A DNA stretch of 4,182 nucleotides from a virus (lineage: Duplodnaviria; Heunggongvirae; Uroviricota; Caudoviricetes): IMG/VR virus record IMGVR_UViG_2534681774_000009. One strand, given 5' to 3'. Positions 1 through 4,182 of this stretch are shown one piece after another. Numbering within the stretch: position 1 is the stretch's first letter; every line of letters begins with the position of its first letter. Under the pieces are notes generated by a model, which worked only from the letters and a program-made list of their open reading frames with translations, was not told the DNA's origin and did no database searches. The translations under genes were made by a program, and so were the position numbers.

Positions 1-93
1 GAACGCACACGACTGGAAGCATGGGAACGCTACAGCGTTCTGGTCAGCCGTGTGGATACGGCAAATCCTGAATGGCCACAAAAGCCTGAATAA
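1..93 (+). CDS. Tail fibre assembly protein (Tfa family), 3' end only; gene continues upstream of the window
   Basis: Frame 1 is open from position 1 to a TAA at 91-93 and translates [30 protein letters not shown]. This has the same C-terminal pattern (L..W..Y...V...DT....P..PE) as the minus-strand Tfa at 122-655 and as the lambda Tfa C-terminus recalled from memory. It is absent from the ORF track because no start codon lies inside the window. Confidence 0.7.
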
Positions 94-98
94 AAATT

Positions 99-118
99 AA
101 GGCCCGCTATCGGGCCTT
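99..118. terminator. Hairpin between the two converging tfa genes; likely intrinsic terminator, best oriented for the minus strand
   Basis: AAGGCCCG (99-106), loop CTAT, CGGGCCTT (111-118) forms a perfect 8-bp GC-rich stem. On the minus strand it is followed by AATTTTTATTC (complement of 91-98), a T-run. On the plus strand the downstream sequence GTCTCATT is only weakly T-rich. Confidence 0.55.
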
Positions 119-121
119 GTC

Positions 122-655
122 TCATTCAGGTTGTTCGGGAAATGTTACTGGCAGGCTGGAGGTGTCTGTAGATTCGACTTTCTGCGCATAGAGCATCCAC
201 TCAGTTAATTTTTGTTTATTCTCGTCGGAAATGATGCCCAGCCGTAGCTGTGAGTCCCATAGCTGGGTTTTATCCCTGACAAGTTGCAACAGGCTTTGCT
301 TTTCATTCTCTGCCTGCTGCCTCTGTTCCTCCTCGGTATAAGTTCGCTTTATCACTACGCCATCTTTGAACATCCATTTACCCGAAATATCAGCCCGGCG
401 ATTTGCTGTAATATCTGGAACCTCAACGACGCTTGCGCCTTCTGGATTAATTGCTGAAACATCCTTTTCAATACAAATAATAACGTCGTTGTGGTCATAG
501 ACCATTTTCAACGTATCAGGCTGAAAGTTCTTTTGTTCCTCATACCAGTTTTTCCCATCCTCTGTATAAAGCCATTTGATGTTAAATTGTTTCGTTAGCT
601 GGTATTGCTCTTTTGTTTTAGGGTTGCCAGCAGTAATATTTTTTAAGTGCATCAT
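122..655 (-). CDS. tfa: Tail fibre assembly protein (Tfa family)
   Basis: The 177-aa ORF starts MMHLKN and ends ...LTEWMLYAQKVESTDTSSLPVTFPEQPE, with an internal VPDITANRRADISGKWMFKDG segment typical of enterobacterial prophage Tfa proteins. A GGGGAG Shine-Dalgarno (complement of 665-670) sits 9 nt upstream of the ATG at 653-655. Only 2 nt separate it from the stop of the upstream fibre ORF, consistent with translational coupling. Confidence 0.85.
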   Translation of the reverse strand: MMHLKNITAGNPKTKEQYQLTKQFNIKWLYTEDGKNWYEEQKNFQPDTLKMVYDHNDVIICIEKDVSAINPEGASVVEVPDITANRRADISGKWMFKDGVVIKRTYTEEEQRQQAENEKQSLLQLVRDKTQLWDSQLRLGIISDENKQKLTEWMLYAQKVESTDTSSLPVTFPEQPE

Positions 656-657
656 AA

Positions 658-1806
658 TTAAGTACTCCCCGCGTTATACCACGTTCCATTAATGCAATAC
701 TGAATTGGCCTTGCCTGAGTTGTATCAATTAATTCATCACGATTCCCGTTAACTGAACCCGTAACGACATAACCTGACCTGTCAGACCAGCCGGGACCAT
801 TCCATGTCTGAACAGATGACAGACCGCCCAGGCGAATACCTGTAATAAACCTTGAGTTACATTCTGCCTGCGTATATGCACCAACATCCCCCGCAGAGGG
901 TTTGCGGGTTGTGGTGTAAAACTCTGACCAGTCAGCTTCAAAGCCATAACCATCACGCGCTGAACGATAAAAGATACCGCCGTTCTTATAATTCACGCGG
1001 AACTGTACAGCAGGGCAACTCCCCGCATTCATATTGAAGTGGAGGATTAATGTCGATGCGCCACTGATATTTGCGTTATAGACCCCGCTATTCCAGTTCC
1101 AACCAACAGCTTTATCATTTCCGACAGCGCTTCCTGTTTGCCCTAGAGCAAACGCACCTACATGACTTGCTTTTAATGTGATATCGGAGGAACCATCAAA
1201 AGCCACGCCACTTATTTTTCTGGCAGTTTGTAACTTTGTAGCCGTAGATGCATTACCGTTCAAACTACCATTGATGCCGCCATTAACATTGAGTCCATTA
1301 CCGATCGTAACAGCACCATTGGCGTTGTTAATGATAAGCGGCCTTAACCTATTATAGGTTCCTAGGCTGTTACCCGAATCGGTCAACATGAAGCATGTGC
1401 TTGAACCATCGTTTCGGATAAAGAATCCATAGTTGCCATAGGCAATGCGCAGACCATTCGCCGATTTGGAAATAATCTCGCCAGCGAATTTCGCATAGGA
1501 ACCAGTCCTCAAGACTAACTCTTCCTGAGCATCAGTTGTTCCTGTGCATAAGCGATAAACGTTATTCTCTATTGTTTCATGCCATATGCTTGCACCTGTG
1601 CTGGAGCGGAAACGTCGCAGATACATTTTTGCATCGTCAACAACTGACGTGAGCATGTCATGTTTATACTCACTTTGCGGCACGCCATTGCTATTGATTC
1701 CACCCCGAAGAACAGTGCCACCCGGCATAGGTAAAAATGCCATCTTCACCGAAGATCCAATCACCTGAATTAGTACCATTACCGGTTTCTTTATTCGGCG
1801 CAGCAC
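658..1806 (-). CDS. stf: Side tail fibre protein, C-terminal (distal) segment; the annotated start is probably not the real N-terminus
   Basis: Contains NGNASTATKLQTARKISGVAFDGSSDITL (a tail-fibre motif) and ends ...RPIQYCINGTWYNAGST, resembling the C-termini of Stf-type fibres as I recall them. It lies immediately upstream of tfa. Its first ~21 codons overlap ORF 1691-2611 in another frame (see findings). Confidence 0.75.
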   Translation of the reverse strand: MLRRIKKPVMVLIQVIGSSVKMAFLPMPGGTVLRGGINSNGVPQSEYKHDMLTSVVDDAKMYLRRFRSSTGASIWHETIENNVYRLCTGTTDAQEELVLRTGSYAKFAGEIISKSANGLRIAYGNYGFFIRNDGSSTCFMLTDSGNSLGTYNRLRPLIINNANGAVTIGNGLNVNGGINGSLNGNASTATKLQTARKISGVAFDGSSDITLKASHVGAFALGQTGSAVGNDKAVGWNWNSGVYNANISGASTLILHFNMNAGSCPAVQFRVNYKNGGIFYRSARDGYGFEADWSEFYTTTRKPSAGDVGAYTQAECNSRFITGIRLGGLSSVQTWNGPGWSDRSGYVVTGSVNGNRDELIDTTQARPIQYCINGTWYNAGST

Positions 1807-2611
1807 AATTTATCCGGATGCCTGGTCGTCTGTTAGGGTTATCGACACCATCTTTAAATATGTACCCATCAGTTAGTGTTGTGCCGTCATTTTTCGTATA
1901 TGTAAAGCGGATATGACGGCTTGTATGGCTACTAAAAATAAGATCGCTTTTAGTGGTAAGTAATGGAGCTGTCAGACCTCCTAATAATGTGCCTCCGGGT
2001 AGAGACAGCGCGCCAATGTTCTCTGGTGTCAACGAAATATCAGTAGTGCCATCGAAGGTTACTCCGTTGATTGTTCTGGCGGTCTGTAATTTAGTTGCTG
2101 TTGCAGCATTACCATTGAGGTTTCCAGAGCTATAGAAACCACGACCATTGCTAAAATCAATAATTATGTCGACAGCTATACATTCAGCTTTAGGGTTGGT
2201 TGCCCCCCATTTGTATGTGGTTTGTCCAACAATATAATCCGTTGTAGGGACAACAACAGAAAGCCCCTCCTCCACAAGAACGCATACTGGAAATGCTCCG
2301 CCTTCAATATAAAAAACTGAGCTAACTTCATCGTCTTTATTGCTCATCGCAATAGAATGAATCGCCCGTTCTGCATCCTGATAATGCCAGAACATCCCGT
2401 ATGCGTACCGCCCTCTGTCACTCCAACCAGCAGGCATCACAAAACCATTGAATTCGCAGTTGTTCATGCGATGTGCAGCTTGGCGCGGCGCAGTGGAAAT
2501 AATAACCCGAGAAGCAAGTTCACCATTGCTCGTTGCAGATCTCTTGATGACTACAGGATAGAATTTACCCTCTTCAGCTCCAGAAGGAGCATTGACTCTG
2601 GTGAATTTCAT
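1691..2611 (-). CDS. stf: Side tail fibre protein, middle segment
   Basis: The 306-aa ORF contains NLNGNAATATKLQTARTINGVTFDGTTDISL followed by LSLPGGTLLGGL. It is in the same frame as ORF 2627-3205, separated only by a TAG at 2627-2629 and five codons. The ATG at 2609-2611 is preceded by AAAAAAGGG with essentially zero spacing, a poor independent ribosome-binding site. Confidence 0.65.
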   Translation of the reverse strand: MKFTRVNAPSGAEEGKFYPVVIKRSATSNGELASRVIISTAPRQAAHRMNNCEFNGFVMPAGWSDRGRYAYGMFWHYQDAERAIHSIAMSNKDDEVSSVFYIEGGAFPVCVLVEEGLSVVVPTTDYIVGQTTYKWGATNPKAECIAVDIIIDFSNGRGFYSSGNLNGNAATATKLQTARTINGVTFDGTTDISLTPENIGALSLPGGTLLGGLTAPLLTTKSDLIFSSHTSRHIRFTYTKNDGTTLTDGYIFKDGVDNPNRRPGIRINCAAPNKETGNGTNSGDWIFGEDGIFTYAGWHCSSGWNQ

Positions 2612-2626
2612 CCCTTTTTTAAAGGT

Positions 2627-3205
2627 CTACTTCGGCTTTGCTGTAAACATCAATATTTTTTCTGTTAACGCTGCATCAGTTGGTTCTAATGCTCGGCATT
2701 TGCTATCTCCGGTAATCAGAAAGTTACCGTCAATGTCTAATCCGGCATATTTATTGGTGTTGGTATCAGATTGTAGATGTAACGTCAGCCATGAGCGGTT
2801 GCCACTCCTTATCTCTGAATAAATTCTGAAACGACTCCTCTGTACCCCAGCTGAATTATTCAGATAACCACTTACAATCCCTGACGCGGCTAAATCAGCG
2901 TCTGTTGAGTTAACAAGATTGATACCCTTAAATTGGGGGACGTCCGCAACACCTAATCCAAGATTAGTACGCCCTCCAGAGACGCTGGATGCACCTAATC
3001 CCCCATGAGTAATTGGTAAAATACCTTTTATGCCCAGAAGAGCATTTGATGAACCATCAAAGTCGATGGCGTTATCACTTTGGAGGTCAACTTGAAGCGA
3101 CCTTTTGGTTTTCAATTTCGTCGCGGTGTCGGCGTTCCCTGTCAGCGCCCCGGTGATCCCGCCGTTGAAAGTCTGGCATGCACTCCATGTGTTAGCCGTA
3201 CTCAA
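2627..3205 (-). CDS. stf: Side tail fibre protein, proximal variable segment (silent-copy S'v-like); frame is open upstream to 3283 through the crossover site
   Basis: The 192-aa ORF has GNADTATKLKTKR...IDFDGSS and ILPITHGGLGASSVSGGRTNLGLG near its N-terminus. The track start is a TTG at 3203-3205 with no convincing Shine-Dalgarno. The same frame stays open for 26 more codons upstream (EVSGVIISILNLGLRELGTSGEKIPL), crossing the recombination site, as expected for a cassette that must be fused to a constant 5' part by inversion. Confidence 0.65.
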   Translation of the reverse strand: MSTANTWSACQTFNGGITGALTGNADTATKLKTKRSLQVDLQSDNAIDFDGSSNALLGIKGILPITHGGLGASSVSGGRTNLGLGVADVPQFKGINLVNSTDADLAASGIVSGYLNNSAGVQRSRFRIYSEIRSGNRSWLTLHLQSDTNTNKYAGLDIDGNFLITGDSKCRALEPTDAALTEKILMFTAKPK

Positions 3206-3235
3206 CAGGGGGATCTTTTCACCGCTGGTACCGAG

Positions 3236-3252
3236 TTCTCTTAAACCAAGGT

Positions 3253-3261
<9 letters not shown>
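3236..3261. other. Site-specific recombination crossover site for a serine invertase (hix/gix/cix/pix-like)
   Basis: TTCTCTTAAACC-AA-GGTTTAGGATTG is an imperfect 26-bp dyad with the AAACC-NN-GGTTT core. It matches 19 of 26 positions of hixL (TTCTTGAAAACCAAGGTTTTTGATAA, from memory) and has the same central AA at 3248-3249. It sits exactly between the fibre cassette and the invertase gene and contains the invertase stop codon (3253-3255). Confidence 0.7.

Positions 3262-4182
<921 letters not shown>

Noticed and set aside
246-271. GGGTTTTATCC resembling a gix right half
   Set aside because: There is no left half-site. It lies inside the tfa coding region.
841-866. Possible second crossover site (TGTAATAAACCTTGAGTTACATTCTG) with an AAACC-TT-GAGTT core
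   Set aside because: Only about 5 of 12 right-half positions match and the dyad symmetry is poor. It lies deep inside fibre coding sequence and is probably a chance resemblance.
1744-1806. The track's N-terminus of ORF 658-1806 (MLRRIKKPVMVLIQVIGSSVK) as a genuine start
   Set aside because: It overlaps the C-terminal coding of ORF 1691-2611 in another frame and has no ribosome-binding site. The real entry into this frame is more likely the frameshift near 1735 or the internal Met at 1741-1743.
2638-2663. TTGCTGTAAAC at the junction of the first two fibre ORFs, resembling a gix left half-site
   Set aside because: There is no matching right half (AATATTTTTTCT) and no dyad, so it is not a credible recombination site.
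3091-3116. Imperfect palindrome CTTGAA...TTTTGGTTTTCAA with some resemblance to a hix half-site
   Set aside because: The spacing and the core do not fit a 12-2-12 site, and the sequence is explained by coding for TATKLKTKRSLQ.
1219-3139. Diversity-generating retroelement (template and variable repeat) as the explanation for the repeated fibre motif
   Set aside because: Mismatches between copies are not adenine-specific, identity is only about 70%, and there is no reverse transcriptase gene in the window.

Overview
This window holds the right-hand part of a phage-type invertible tail-fibre segment (the Mu G / P1 C / e14 P class), its invertase gene, and the edge of an insertion sequence. I see no evidence of a new kind of system; the content is a known class with some notable particulars. 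Left to right: the 3' end of a plus-strand tail fibre assembly (tfa) gene (1-93); a shared hairpin terminator (99-118); a complete minus-strand tfa gene (122-655); about 2.6 kb of minus-strand side-tail-fibre coding sequence split into three ORFs (658-1806, 1691-2611, 2627-3205), each carrying a GNAxTATKL...FDG fibre motif; a hix/gix/pix-like crossover site (3236-3261) overlapping the stop codon of a Pin/Gin/Cin/Hin-family serine invertase gene (3253-3795); and an IS21-family element (istB C-terminus, 3834-4182, minus strand) abutting the invertase where its catalytic N-terminus should be. The main points of interest are that the switch looks locked by the IS insertion, and that the unexpressed fibre copy shows two decay-like lesions (an in-frame TAG and a +1 frameshift at a homopolymer). 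No RNA genes or CRISPR arrays were seen. Everything was read by eye from the translations and sequence; nothing was database-checked, and motifs quoted for comparison are from memory.
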